A DNA stretch of 64,000 bases, from assembly GCF_006345805.1 (NCBI RefSeq), contig NW_021832565.1, positions 62,001 to 126,000 of the forward strand, read 5' to 3'. The notes under the pieces were generated by a model. The model worked only from the letters and a program-made list of their open reading frames with translations, had not been told where the DNA came from and ran no database searches. The translations under genes were made by a program, and so were the position numbers. Source of the stretch: Octopus sinensis (Eukaryota). Shown piece after piece: positions 1 to 11,182 of this stretch. Position 1 is the first letter of the stretch, and each line of letters opens with the position of its first letter.

Positions 1-599
1 CATCCAAGTGGGGAATATAAACACCACAAAACCAAGAAACCAGCCCTTGGGACTTGAGAAGGTAAATTTGTTTTTGTGAATAGAATATGTTAGATGGAAA
101 CTATACAAAAGTCTGTTGTGTCAGTGTATGTGTTGGAAGGCAGAGGAGGCTACATACTCTAATTACTGACAATATGTAATGTGCTGAATTTAGTTGTAGG
201 TTTACCATTTGCAGTCTCATCTAGCATTATTTGCACTGTCTCATTAATAACAATTCTTAATGAGCTGAACTCAGCACTCTATTTACTCTATTTACTATGT
301 TCTCAACAAACACTGTGTGATGTGTTCCAGAAGTTTTGAACCTGAATATGATCCCTTTGACAGTGATCCCAAATTATTGTTTTATTTGATTGACTTATTA
401 CATTATTTACTTATATTGGGATTTCCACTTCAGAAGCAATAGAAAATTTAAGTAATTGATGATGACCAACAAATATCAGAATCAGAAATTGAGAAATTAC
501 TGTTATTGGATTTTCGACTCTGGAGATGATTGCTTTGTAGAAAATCTATGATTGCATATAAATATGTACCATGAGGACTGTACTTCATATGCAATGGTC

Positions 600-1440
600 A
601 CACATTGGACTGCCAATAGAGATTACATGGTTTCAAATCACAGTCAGGATGGCCTGTAGAAGTAACTTTTGAGGAAAAGTTCACTGCTGTTGAGTGTTTT
701 ATAAAGGAAGATCAATAAATGATGGTGCGTGAGACACTTCACATCATGGGACATGGTTTGGCAATGATTGACTAAATCATTTATGATTGTTTGAACACAT
801 GAAAGGTATTTGTTCATTGGGTGCCATGAATACTGATACTGGAAATAAAATACAGCAGAGTTCAATGTTCTGATAAAAATCTCATGCTCATGTGAGAGAA
901 CTGGGTTCTGTTTAGGTTGCAGTCTGTAATGTGGGTAGGGGGAGTGATGAAACATAGATCCATCACCATGACTCTATGATGAAAGAAGAATCCAAGCACC
1001 GGAAAAACAACAATTCTTTAACACCAAAGAAATTCACAGTTAGGCCTAATGTAGAACAGGACATGTTGCAATTTTCTATGAACTTGTGGTGTAGGGTTAA
1101 CTACATGTGACACAAGGCATCAGTCACAGGTAACAGAGTTACTATAGGTATCTTGTGTAATTATATCAAGACAAAGTGCCATGGAATTCTGAGTGCTGAC
1201 AGGTCACATGTGAAAAGTTATCATACCAGGTCTATTTATCAGACTTTGCTTTATGTGATATCCACCTGCTTCCAGATTTGGAGCACCGTTTGGAGGGAGG
1301 GCAGGCAGTTTTCCTGTGATGAGTAACTGCAGTTGGCAACAGAATAATGGTTGGTTGAACAGGACAAAAAGCACTATTTAAATGGCATTGAGCAGCTGTG
1401 CAAGAAGTACATAAACTGTATAGAAGTTAGCAAAATAAAA
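600..1440 (+). mobile_element. Degenerate mariner transposase relic
   Basis: Fragmentary frames give SGWPVEVTFEEK, DET*IHH (946-966; mariner DETWIHH), TPKKF, a PDFALCDIHLLP motif (SPDLAPSDFHLF-like) and LNGIEQL..K..CIEV. Many stops and frameshifts. Confidence 0.8.
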
Positions 1441-2176
1441 GTCAACAAAATAAAATAAAAGCATTTGTCTAAAAACTACTGAAGTATTCTTTCCCTGTTG
1501 TCATGTCATTAAGTATGTTGTGCTCAAAGCCTTTGAAACACCCTTCATAGATGCACTGCCCTGTAACTGATAGTACATGCGAAGCTGAATTCAATGCTTT
1601 ATTTACTTATATTGTTCTTGCCAAACACTACATGTTCTTTCTGTTATTTTATAAGGATTCTTCTTTAACTATACTTCTCCAATGGAAACATATTTATAAT
1701 GAATAAAACATTGGAAGACGGTTCAGAAGAAACATTATACTTCCTATTTATTTTATCAGTACTACAATCACTGATATTATGAAAGAATTGAAGACATAAA
1801 GTTGTCTGAGTATACAATATTTCTCTTTACTTTTTCCCCCAAATAGAGTTGTCTGCGTATATAACATTCTTCTTTATTTTTCCCTCAAGTAAGGTCCGAG
1901 ATTAGCACATTTCGTAATCTTTCCTCCTTAGATCTAAAACCTTCAAGAAACCTCTCTCACACATTTCATGTTTTTCGTGCAGGTATCAACATATACATAT
2001 CATCAAACACTTCAATGTCGCCAGCAAATAGATGTATTAGCAAAGGTAAATGGTACTAATCTTCCACCTCTGACCAATTCATGATTAAGAAATGTACACA
2101 AAGGAAAAGAAAATGAGTTGACCTCTCCTCCAGTTTTGAGCTTAGAATACTGAACAGAGTAAGATCTCGTTGAATA

Positions 2177-2560
2177 CCTATATATATATAAAACACAGGA
2201 TATATGTCTGTCTGTGTGTGTATCATGTCTTTAAAACTCAATATCCACCCAACTGACTTTAATGAAATTTTACCCCTCATTACTTAGGACCCATGGAGTG
2301 TCATGGGCCAAAACAATTTCAGCTTTTTGTCTAATGTGGGCCCAGGGGCAGATAAACAGCATTCTTTAAGCATTTTTGTAGTGTTAAGGCCTGTAACTTG
2401 AAGAGTATTCAGTCACTTTCCTCCAATTTTGCAACGAACATTAATCAGGCTCCTCGAATTGCTGTTGGCTAAAACAAATTTCTGACACCAACTATATGTC
2501 CCCCACACCCAAAATGCAGATTAATAATATTTGAGTATACTGCAGTGGGTTTTATCTTTG
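2177..2560 (+). mobile_element. Possible Helitron-like fragment
   Basis: cctatatatatataaaacacaggatatatgtctgtctgtgtgtg start resembles the other Helitron-like 5' ends; no 3' terminus seen. Confidence 0.3.
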
Positions 2561-3021
2561 TTTAGGCCATTTACCAACGATGAAATATTAACACTACTTA
2601 TGCAGTGTAAGTAGTGTATAATATTTCATGGAAACCTTTTTGTCCAATTTGTCAGAGGAAATGAGAACATTAAAAATTTTTGTCAGTGCCCTGTTGAAGC
2701 TTCATGCTACCATCCCGCACACCACTGGGCCATGTGCATATGTGTGTGGCTGGTTAAAGGCGCAACAAATCAATTCATTCATTTTTCAGAAGTTCCCGGG
2801 TGATGTTTCATGTTTCCAATCCTGCACAATGCAGCATGGTCTGCCAGAAAGTCTGCTTTGTATGTCATCCATGCAAAATGTTCATACAAAGAAACAAACT
2901 GCTGTTGTGGCTCACAGCCATTTGAATTTCACCGCATGACCACTTTTGGAAGCTACACTTGCTACCTGCAATTATCCCCTTCCCCTGTATTCCCTCCCCC
3001 ATTTAGTTGGACGAGTAAATA

Positions 3022-3503
3022 CAGGGTATCCCAGAAATAATGATGATTGGAGTCAAATCGGATGCAATTTTTAAAAAATTCACTTTTATTTAAGTTTATC
3101 ATGTTTAATAAGTGTTAAAAGCATATAAATTTGAATTTTGTTTATAATTTTATTTTCATTCCTATTGGACCCCTTTAATTTGTCCATGGCAGCTTTTTTT
3201 CAATTTGGCAGCAATCATTTTCTTACCTATATCCCCAAGATACAGCAATCATTTAGCTGAGCTTAAAGAACACATTCAGTTAGCAGTGCAAGAGCTAACT
3301 CCTAAAATGCTTCAAAATGTGTTTCACAATGCAAAGGGGATATTTAAAGTATGCAGGGATACAGACATGTTAAAAATTTTCAATAAAAGTTTGACGTACG
3401 ATTATAAATCTACTTGCTTTGGTAATAAACATAAAATTCTGTCAGTTTTATTTAAAATTTGCTCAATTTCATTGAAACAGATAGTTGATTCTGGAACACC
3501 CTG
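3022..3503 (+). mobile_element. Internally deleted Tc1/mariner-superfamily element (MITE-like)
   Basis: 15-bp TIRs cagggtatcccagaa / ttctggaacaccctg (2 mismatches); TA on both sides (3020-21, 3504-05); transposase C-terminal remnant LAELKEHIQLAVQELTPKMLQNVF. Confidence 0.85.
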
Positions 3504-4044
3504 TATGGTGTAACATTTTTAGTTGTTGCATTGCTTGAGTAAATATTAAAATCAAAGATCTTCTCACTATAAACATCCCATCCTTTTGTTAAGCATTTTG
3601 TATCAGGGAATATATTATCCAAAATGTATCTCTCCTTTATAGGTATGGCTGTGTGGTTGGGAAGCTTGCTTTCCAACCATGTTGCCATGGGTTCAGTCTC
3701 ACTGTACAGCACATTGGGCAATTCTCTTTCATTACAGCTCCATGCCAACTAAAGCCTTGTATATTATATATTGTCATTACTGTATTAATATATAAAATAA
3801 TACAAGCAATTCATTTATTATTGTCCTGTAATAAACAAATTGAAGTTCGTATATGAAATTGATCTTTTTTCTACTTCAATTATTACATGATTTTTCTTAT
3901 GAAATGCACACATACAGGAGAAGCAAATCTCTCTCTATATATATAATAACACTCTGAATGTGGTTCCTGAGAAAGAGTAAAAGTAATTACTCAATCAATG
4001 ATAGGTATTACTGCTAGTAAAATAATAAAGCAAAGAATGACAGT

Positions 4045-4170
4045 ATATTTAGTGAGGGAGCACCATTAGAACAGCAGACAGTTTTTCTTGTGGTGAGTAA
4101 CCGCAGTTGGCAACAGAAGAATGTTGAGTTGAACAGAACAGAAAGGTCAATTTAAATGGCATTGGGTAGC
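4045..4170 (+). mobile_element. Short fragment related to the 3' part of the mariner relic at 600-1440
   Basis: gagcacc...gcagttggcaacagaa...ttgaacag...atttaaatggcattg matches 1281-1390. Confidence 0.65.
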
Positions 4171-4452
4171 TTAGCAATATTAGATAAGATTTCTTTTGAA
4201 ACTGAAGAATAATTGTGAAATCTACAGAAAATAAAATAGTCCTCCATAAATCCATTTATAATTCACATCTCAATTTGGAGACAAAACTATCTTAAAATCT
4301 CCAGTAGCAAACATAAGACTCCTTCATCAGATGTCTGTGGGAATAATTTATAGTACCCTTATACCATGGTACTACACCCACCCCATGGCTGTATTGTTAA
4401 AATGTTTGCTTCTGGACCTCAGGGTTTAGGTATCAATCCCACTGCAGGGCAC

Positions 4453-4500
4453 CTGATGAGAAACCAGTAAGGTTCAAAAATCGATTAAAGTTGTTCATCA
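4453..4500 (+). ncRNA. Degenerate hammerhead motif, direct-repeat partner of the 4687 copy
   Basis: CTGATGA-GAAACC-agtaa-GGTTC-aaaa-ATCGAT. The G of GAAA is lost and the 5' strand of stem I is replaced by a SINE fragment. The downstream gttgt(t/g)catcatttt is shared with the 4687 copy. Confidence 0.4.
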
Positions 4501-4680
4501 TTTTATTATATCATACCTTGATATTGTATGGACTAGGATCCCTGTTTTATAGGTTTTTATAGGGTGTTAAACACTTTTGGTATGCAAATTAGGTACTCCT
4601 TCATAGAGTAACTGCTGCATTTGTTGAGTATATAAACTCTTTGTTTGCTTGTTTCTCTGGAGATTGTCAGAATGATGTGA

Positions 4681-4724
4681 ACACCTCTGATGAGAATGCA
4701 ATAAGGTTTGAAATTTAAGGTTGT
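4681..4724 (+). ncRNA. Minimal type-I hammerhead ribozyme motif, partly degenerate
   Basis: Stem I ACACCT/AGGT(T)GT; CTGATGA at 4687-93; weak stem II GAAT/GTTT; GAAA at 4710-13; UUA triplet at 4715-17. Confidence 0.55.
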
Positions 4725-4787
4725 GCATCATTTTTTATCAGTTTGCAGAGAAATGACTAAAATTTGCCCTGTTTATAATTATACCAT

Positions 4788-4838
<51 letters not shown>

Positions 4839-4841
<3 letters not shown>

Positions 4842-5127
4842 TGTTCCTTCTCAAGCCATACCTGGCTCATAAGGGCCGGTTTCCTTGGCATATAGGTTCC
4901 CCACCTGGACAAGATGCTGGTCCGTTGCAGGTGAGTTGCAAGATGCAGGAGGAAAAAGTGAGAGAACATTGTGGTGAAAAAGTCAGCAGAAGTTTGGCAT
5001 TACCTTCTGCCAGAGCAGCGTAGAGCTTAGGTGTTTCACTCATAAACACACATTGCCTGGTCTGAGATTCGAACCCGCGATCCCTTGACCGCGAGTCCAC
5101 TGCTCTAACCACTAGGCCATGTGCCCC

Positions 5128-5129
<2 letters not shown>
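4839..5129 (-). mobile_element. tRNA-derived SINE family D with intact Pol III A and B boxes
   Basis: Minus strand A box TGGCCTAGTGG (5109-5119) and B box GGTTCGAATCT (5065-5075). Flanked on both sides by (TA)n. Confidence 0.85.
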
Positions 5130-5165
<36 letters not shown>

Positions 5166-5203
5166 TTATATATATATTATATATATATATATTATATATA
5201 TAA

Positions 5204-5262
<59 letters not shown>

Positions 5263-5301
5263 TATATATATATATATAATATATATATATATATATCTAT
5301 A

Positions 5302-5337
<36 letters not shown>

Positions 5338-5381
5338 CTATATATATATATATATATAGATATATATATATATATATATAT
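5130..5381. repeat. Long (TA)n microsatellite
   Basis: Direct observation; similar tracts at 4790-4838, 7230-7320, 11100-11175 and 59315-59480. Confidence 0.98.
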
Positions 5382-5692
5382 ATGTCGGTGGCACGTAAAA
5401 TGCACCATCCAATCGTGGCCAAAGCCAGTGCCGCCTCGACTGGCTTCCGTGCCGGTGGCACGTAAAATGCACCAATCCGACCGTGGCCGATGCCAGCCTC
5501 ACCTGGCACCAGTGCAGGTGGCACGTAAAAAGCACCCACTACACTCACGGAGTTGTTGGCATTAGGAAGGGCATCCAGCTGTAGAAACATTGCCAGATAA
5601 GACCGGAGCCTGGTGCAGCCTTCTGGCTTCCCAGATCCCCGGTCGAACCGTCCAACCCATGCTAGCATGGAGAACGGACGTTAAACGATGAT
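5382..5692 (+). mobile_element. Retroposon family C (3 units), inserted in (TA)n
   Basis: Same units and tail. Other copies at 12982-13272, 19625-20095, 26132-26438, 35020-35200 and 47990-48248, with tail-only fragments at 24590-24695, 5905-6002 and 28765-28880. Confidence 0.88.
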
Positions 5693-6350
5693 ATATATAT
5701 ATATATATATGCTAATGTGTGTATGTGTCTGAGTGTATGTGAGCATGTCTCCTTGTCTTCTGTGCTTCTGTTTCCTTGTCTTGACGTTCCACGATTGTTG
5801 TAAACGAGTCTCATGATCATACAAATAGTGTCATTCGTTTTCAATCTTCTACAAAAACATGTCCAGCCATGGAGAAATATTACTTTGCTTGAATATAGGG
5901 GCATGTTGGCAACAGGAAGAGCATCCAACTACAGAAAAATCTGCTTCAGTAAACTCCATCTGACCCATGCAAGTATGGAAAAATGACCATTAAAAGATGA
6001 TGGCTCTCATGGAAAATGTACTTATAATATAAACACTAAATCTTGTATTTAGTTCAAGCCATATCACTGCTTTTAAAGAAATTCGGTATAAATATTTAAT
6101 ATCGACATATTTGTATATTACTGTGTAGTGTAATGGATAAATGTATTGAAACCCTGAGGGTAAATAATAAAAGTTTGTAATGTTAATCTCAAGCACATAC
6201 ACATAAGATCTGCTGAACAGAAGCAAACACATTACACACTGGCAGTCTACATGGCTATTGTCCAATCTGTTGGAAATAGCAGCTAATTTTCCTCAAATCA
6301 TACACATTTTAACCATCTCAAAAAGCAATAGCAAAGAAAAAAAACACATA

Positions 6351-6760
6351 GGTGTAGGCGTGGCTGCTTGATAAGAAGCTTGCTTTCCAACCACATGGTT
6401 CTGGGTTGAGTCTCACCATATAGCACTTGGGTAAATGTATTCTAGTTATAGCCTTGGGCCAACCAAAGCCTTGTGAGTGGATTTGGTAAACGGAAACTGA
6501 AAGAAGCTAATCATATATATATAGTGTATATCTATGCATGTGAGTCATTGTGTCTGTGTTTGTCCTCCTCATCACTGCTTGACAACAAGTACTGTTGTGT
6601 TTATGTCTCTGTAACTTAGTGGTTCAGCAAAAAAGAACTGACAGAATAAATACCAGGTTTTAAAAAGAAATATGTACAGAGGTCTATTCATTCAACTAAA
6701 AGTCCTTCAAAACAGTACTCCTGCATTGCTGTAGTCAAATGATTGAAACAAGAGAAGAAT
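6351..6760 (+). mobile_element. SINE family A
   Basis: Head, central microsatellite and tail all align to the 58054 copy. Confidence 0.85.
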
Positions 6761-6773
6761 ACATAAGCTTTTT

Positions 6774-6966
6774 AACTCTAGGCACAAGGCCTTAAATTTT
6801 TTGCAGGAGAGGGCCCGTCGATTAAAACTGGAACTTAATTTATCGACCCTGAAAGTATGAAAGGCAAAGTCGACCTCAATGGAATTTGAACTCAGAATGT
6901 AAAGACAGATGAAATACTGCTAAGCATTTTGCCTGACATGCTAACATTTCTGCCAGCTCGCCGCCT
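6774..6966 (-). mobile_element. SINE family B
   Basis: Reverse-complement match. Further copies at ~32490-32690(+), 37725-37945(-), 40918-41130(+), 41891-42090(+), 54070-54270(-), 60943-61130(-) and 61150-61330(-). Confidence 0.8.
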
Positions 6967-7038
6967 TTTTCACATTACACAGGTTTATGTAGTGACAGTC
7001 GAGTTCCAGAGTCAAGTGTGGAACATGATTGTCACTAC

Positions 7039-7080
7039 ATAAACCTGATGACTGCGTAATGCATGAAAGTACTAGTTTAT
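7039..7080 (+). ncRNA. Minimal type-I hammerhead ribozyme motif (Penelope/retrozyme type)
   Basis: Stem I ATAAAC (7039-44)/GTTTAT (7075-80); core CTGATGA (7045-51); stem II TGC/GCA with a C-U closing mismatch; GAAA (7065-68); palindromic stem III AGTACT; predicted cleavage after A7074. Confidence 0.75.
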
Positions 7081-7231
7081 TTCAATATTGTAAAATTGTA
7101 AAAATTGCAAATAATAAAACAGGGAAATCAGACTTCGTTAGAATTTCATTGATTGATATATTCTTCTATATACAGTCATGCAAACTTGGATATATATCTA
7201 TATCTATCTCTGTATATGTATACATACATAC

Positions 7232-7341
<110 letters not shown>

Positions 7342-7361
7342 TAGGTATAGATAGATATATG

Positions 7362-7690
7362 TGGAGGCGCAATGGCCCAATGGTTAGGGCAGCGGACTCG
7401 TGGTCATAGGATCGCGGTTTCGATTCCTAGACCGGGCGTTGTGAATGTTTATTGAGTGAAATACCTAAACCTCCATGAGGCTCTGGCAGGGGTGGTGGTG
7501 GTGATCCCTGCTTGTACTCTTTTGCCACAACTTTCTCTCATTTTTTCTTCTATTGGCCTGCTCCCTTAGTAAGTGGGGTGGCGTCATTTGAAGGCTAAAA
7601 CAATGCAAAGCACATTGTGACCAGCGATGTGTAGCAGCATCTGATTGCCTGGTCGGTTACTGTGATCATGGTGATATGACCTCGTGTGTA
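7362..7690 (+). mobile_element. tRNA-derived SINE related to family D (same head, different tail)
   Basis: tggcccaatggttagggcagcggactcg...ggtttcgattcctagaccggg head. A similar copy lies at 47625-47870, with related minus copies at 55750-56040, 56045-56290 and 62070-62390. Confidence 0.75.
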
Positions 7691-7743
7691 CCATTGGCAA
7701 TTTTTTTTCCTCTGTCTTCCCTTCTCTGGATCTTTCCTTCTAT

Positions 7744-7778
7744 GTTTCCGACGAAGAGCTCCGCTCGAAACGTTAAAC
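7744..7778 (+). ncRNA. Hammerhead-like motif variant inside a Penelope-pLTR-like repeat
   Basis: GTTT-CCGACGA-A-GAGC(TCC)GCTC-GAA-ACGT-T-AAAC: stem I GTTT/AAAC, 4-bp stem II and ACGT palindrome. The core reads CCGACGA instead of CTGANGA. Confidence 0.45.
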
Positions 7779-8984
7779 CCTCCTTCTTCCTTTCCTGAGC
7801 GTCCAATAATACTATATTTGTTCCACGTCCTCATGTTGTTGTGTTTTTTTTTGTGTTTTCCTGTTTGGATTAACTTTATATATATATATATAGACAGACA
7901 GACAAATAGATACCGATATTTATATGACAGGTTTCAGCATAGTATCCAACAAGTAAATTCCACTTACCATGTGTTGGTCTATTTAAGGTTTGCAGGACTA
8001 GACTCCTACCCAAGGTATGACTATTACTTTATATAATGCTTCTAACTGTAAGCTTTCTGGTCGTTGTCATAATTCTTATTATCAGTAATATCAAAATTAG
8101 CTAAATTTTGTCAACTTTTTTTTTTTCCTTTTTGTTGTCTGTTTTAACACCCAGTCAATGTTCTGTACAAAGTGCTATGGAGAAAGAAAGCACCCTTGCA
8201 GAACTAGTGTCTGCACCTCAAACAAATTTGTTTGCATCTGTCTACAGCCTTTACATAGAAATTTAACTTCATAAATATTTGCTTGACTAGTTTTAAGTGA
8301 AATGTTGTTGGCCTCTATAATGTTTTACAATGTTGGTTTCTGGATTCAATGATATGTCACACTGAAGTACATATATTATAATTTTTTTCTTCTCTTTATA
8401 TATTGCAATATATATATGCTCATGAGTATCCTGAGTTGAAAAATATTCCATTGCAGCTGTTTATGGTTGACTTATATTTGGATCTATATCAATTTGGAGA
8501 AAGAATTGCATTCGGAATTAAGTAAATTCACCTCCCAAAGTATATATTGGTTGTTGTAATATTGAGATAAATGAATAGCTGTATCCACAAAGAAATCTAC
8601 TAATAGCTTTACTGTGTTATAAAAATATTGATACAATTACAAGCTTACAGATGCATATGCACACGTTTTTGTGTTTACACACGCATACACACACACATGC
8701 ATGCACATATGTGTATGTGTACATTTATATGTATGTGTGTGCGTATGTATGTATATATACATTTATACACGTATGCTCACACATATACATCAACATGCAG
8801 AGTGTAAGCTACTTAGAGCAGTCTCTTTGATACAGAGCCTTGTTGATAACAATAACCATTTTATAGCAATAACAGTTAATATTAACTGTGATTGTTGTAA
8901 GCGGCTCCCACTGTGTGTGTGTGTGTGTGGTTGTCTGTGTGTGTCTGTGTCTGTGTTAAATTACTGTACCAGACTGTGAGATGA

Positions 8985-9840
8985 ATGGAAACAGTTATAG
9001 CTCAATTGATATGGAAGAGAGTTAGTGAAGATGTGATGCAGTTCAGTTCTGTGCCAGGAAGAAATATTACTGATTGCATCTTCCTATTAAAGCAACTGCA
9101 TGAGAAACACACGAACCAGGATTAAGTTGCGGTACCTGGTATTAGTTGACCTGTGAATAAACCTTCAGGAAGGGGTCTCTCACTCCTTAACTTGATTGTT
9201 GCTGAGGAAGCAAAATGTAGATGAATGGCCTTTGAGTGTAATACTAGCCATGTACAGAGGTGCTATCAGCTGGGAGAAAGTTATAAAGGAAAATTACCTT
9301 TCTCAGTATGTAGAAAATGAGTAGAGATGAATTCCTCATGTTGCATCTTCTGCAAACTATGGACTCACAAGAGGTACAGTGGAATTGTGAGCAGATTAAC
9401 AGAGAAAGCAGACTTTATATATGCCAAATGCACAGGAGCAATAAAAACAAATAGCATATGGAAATAGATTCTCTCAAATGCTTGGGAGGATTCCTAAAAG
9501 TAGTTGATAGCTTCTGAAACCTAGATGATGTAGTTAGCCATAGAAAAGGATGTCATGAAAGGATAGTAGCCAAGTTATGAACATGTCGAAAAATGTTGAC
9601 AACGAGGTCTTCTTGAGAGAGAAGGGCAGACTGTATGTTGCTTGTGTACAAACCACATTGCTATACAGTTGAGCACTGAGTACAGAGGACCTGCAAAAAC
9701 TAGGAAGAAATTAAGTGAGCCTGCTCTATTGAATGTGCAATGCCAATATGCATGATTGACAGAATAAAAATGTGTTAAGAGAAAATCTGAGCATAAGAGG
9801 AGTTACATGTAGTGTGCAAGAGAGGAAAATGCATTGTTAG
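8985..9840 (+). mobile_element. Degenerate RTE-clade LINE reverse transcriptase fragment
   Basis: MQFSSVPGRNITDCIFLLKQLHEKH (RTE consensus-like MQFGFVPGRSTTDAIF), LVDL, LLRKQNVDEW..VILAMYRGA. Many stops and frameshifts. Confidence 0.8.
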
Positions 9841-10526
9841 ATGTATATGATATATACATAGATGAGCACAGTTGTTTAAAAAAAGTGCTTATCACTTATG
9901 TGGTTGGAATTTAAGGAAGACAGTGACTTCAGAATATGTGGTGAAGATTGATCTCAGGATTTTGAGCCTCATTAAAGAGATGACAAAGTTTGAGATGACT
10001 GGAGAGATGCAAGGTTTCAAAAGACTTGCCCATCCATACTAGGATGGAGAAACTGATATTAAAATGTTGATAGAGATGGAAACTGAAAATGTATTGTGTA
10101 AGCACATAACTCAATACCTTATCCGTATGTTCCTGTCAAGTCTACATCTATTGTTCTACCTCATCTCTTCATCATTTTTCTGTCTATTGTATTATATATA
10201 TATTTCACTTTCTACAGAAGTTATAGCCTGTGCTGATTTTTGATATGTTGTTTTGCATCCGAGATGCCAGATGTAAACAAACAATGAGATCGAAAATGAA
10301 AACAGGATCTTTTATTATATTGTTTGTTTAGATCTGATGTCGTGGATATGAAACATTGAAACAAAAATCAGTGCTGGCTATAATTTCTGTTGAATATCTG
10401 TAGTGATGTAAAGTGCACTGCTAACACAGTAGAATATAATGTTGATTTTTAAAAATCATTTAATATACTTTATAGCATATTATGTTTACATAACAAAATA
10501 CTGCATCCCTACAAGTCATTAATATG

Positions 10527-10572
<46 letters not shown>

Positions 10573-11100
10573 ATCATCATCATCTTTTAACGTCCATTTT
10601 CCATACTAGTACCACAAGAGCCAGCCAGGCTGAAGCCTGCACCAGACTTCTGTGACTGTTTTGGCAAGATTTTTACAGCTGGATGTCCTTCCTAACACCA
10701 ACCACTCAGCAGAATATATGTGTGTCTGTGTGTGTGCATTTATATAAATATATATAATTATTAACAATAATCAGCAGAAGTTACAGAGTGACTCAAGTGA
10801 CGCCAGTTTCTTACACTGATAATTGTCAATGCACAATATGCTCAGATCTTGAGTTATTCTGTAACTTCTGCCAACCAAACACACACACACATATGTACGT
10901 ACATGCAAACACATACACCTGTATATATTAGTTTCAAATTTTGGCGCAAGGTCATCTATTTCAAGGGAATGGGTGAGTTGATTACATCGACCTCCCTCAG
11001 AAAAATTTGAACTCAGAACATAAAGACAGACGAAATCCCAATAAACATTTTGCCAGACATGCTAATGATTCTGTCAGCTTGTTACCTTACACACACACAC

Positions 11101-11182
<82 letters not shown>

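Noticed and set aside
1847-2045. Two candidate exons (1847-1888 and 1983-2045) with AG/GT boundaries
   Set aside because: No recognisable peptide. The first overlaps a local 47-bp duplication, and splice-like motifs are common by chance in such DNA.
5060-5129. tRNA gene
   Set aside because: A and B boxes are present but there is no acceptor-stem closure, and the sequence continues into a SINE body seen in other copies.
4867-5565. ORFs rich in YI, LSIY, HT or CV repeats (also 15213-17301, 36718-37384, 41972-43447, 59598-61080, 62682-63864)
   Set aside because: These are translations of microsatellites that lack stop codons in some frames.
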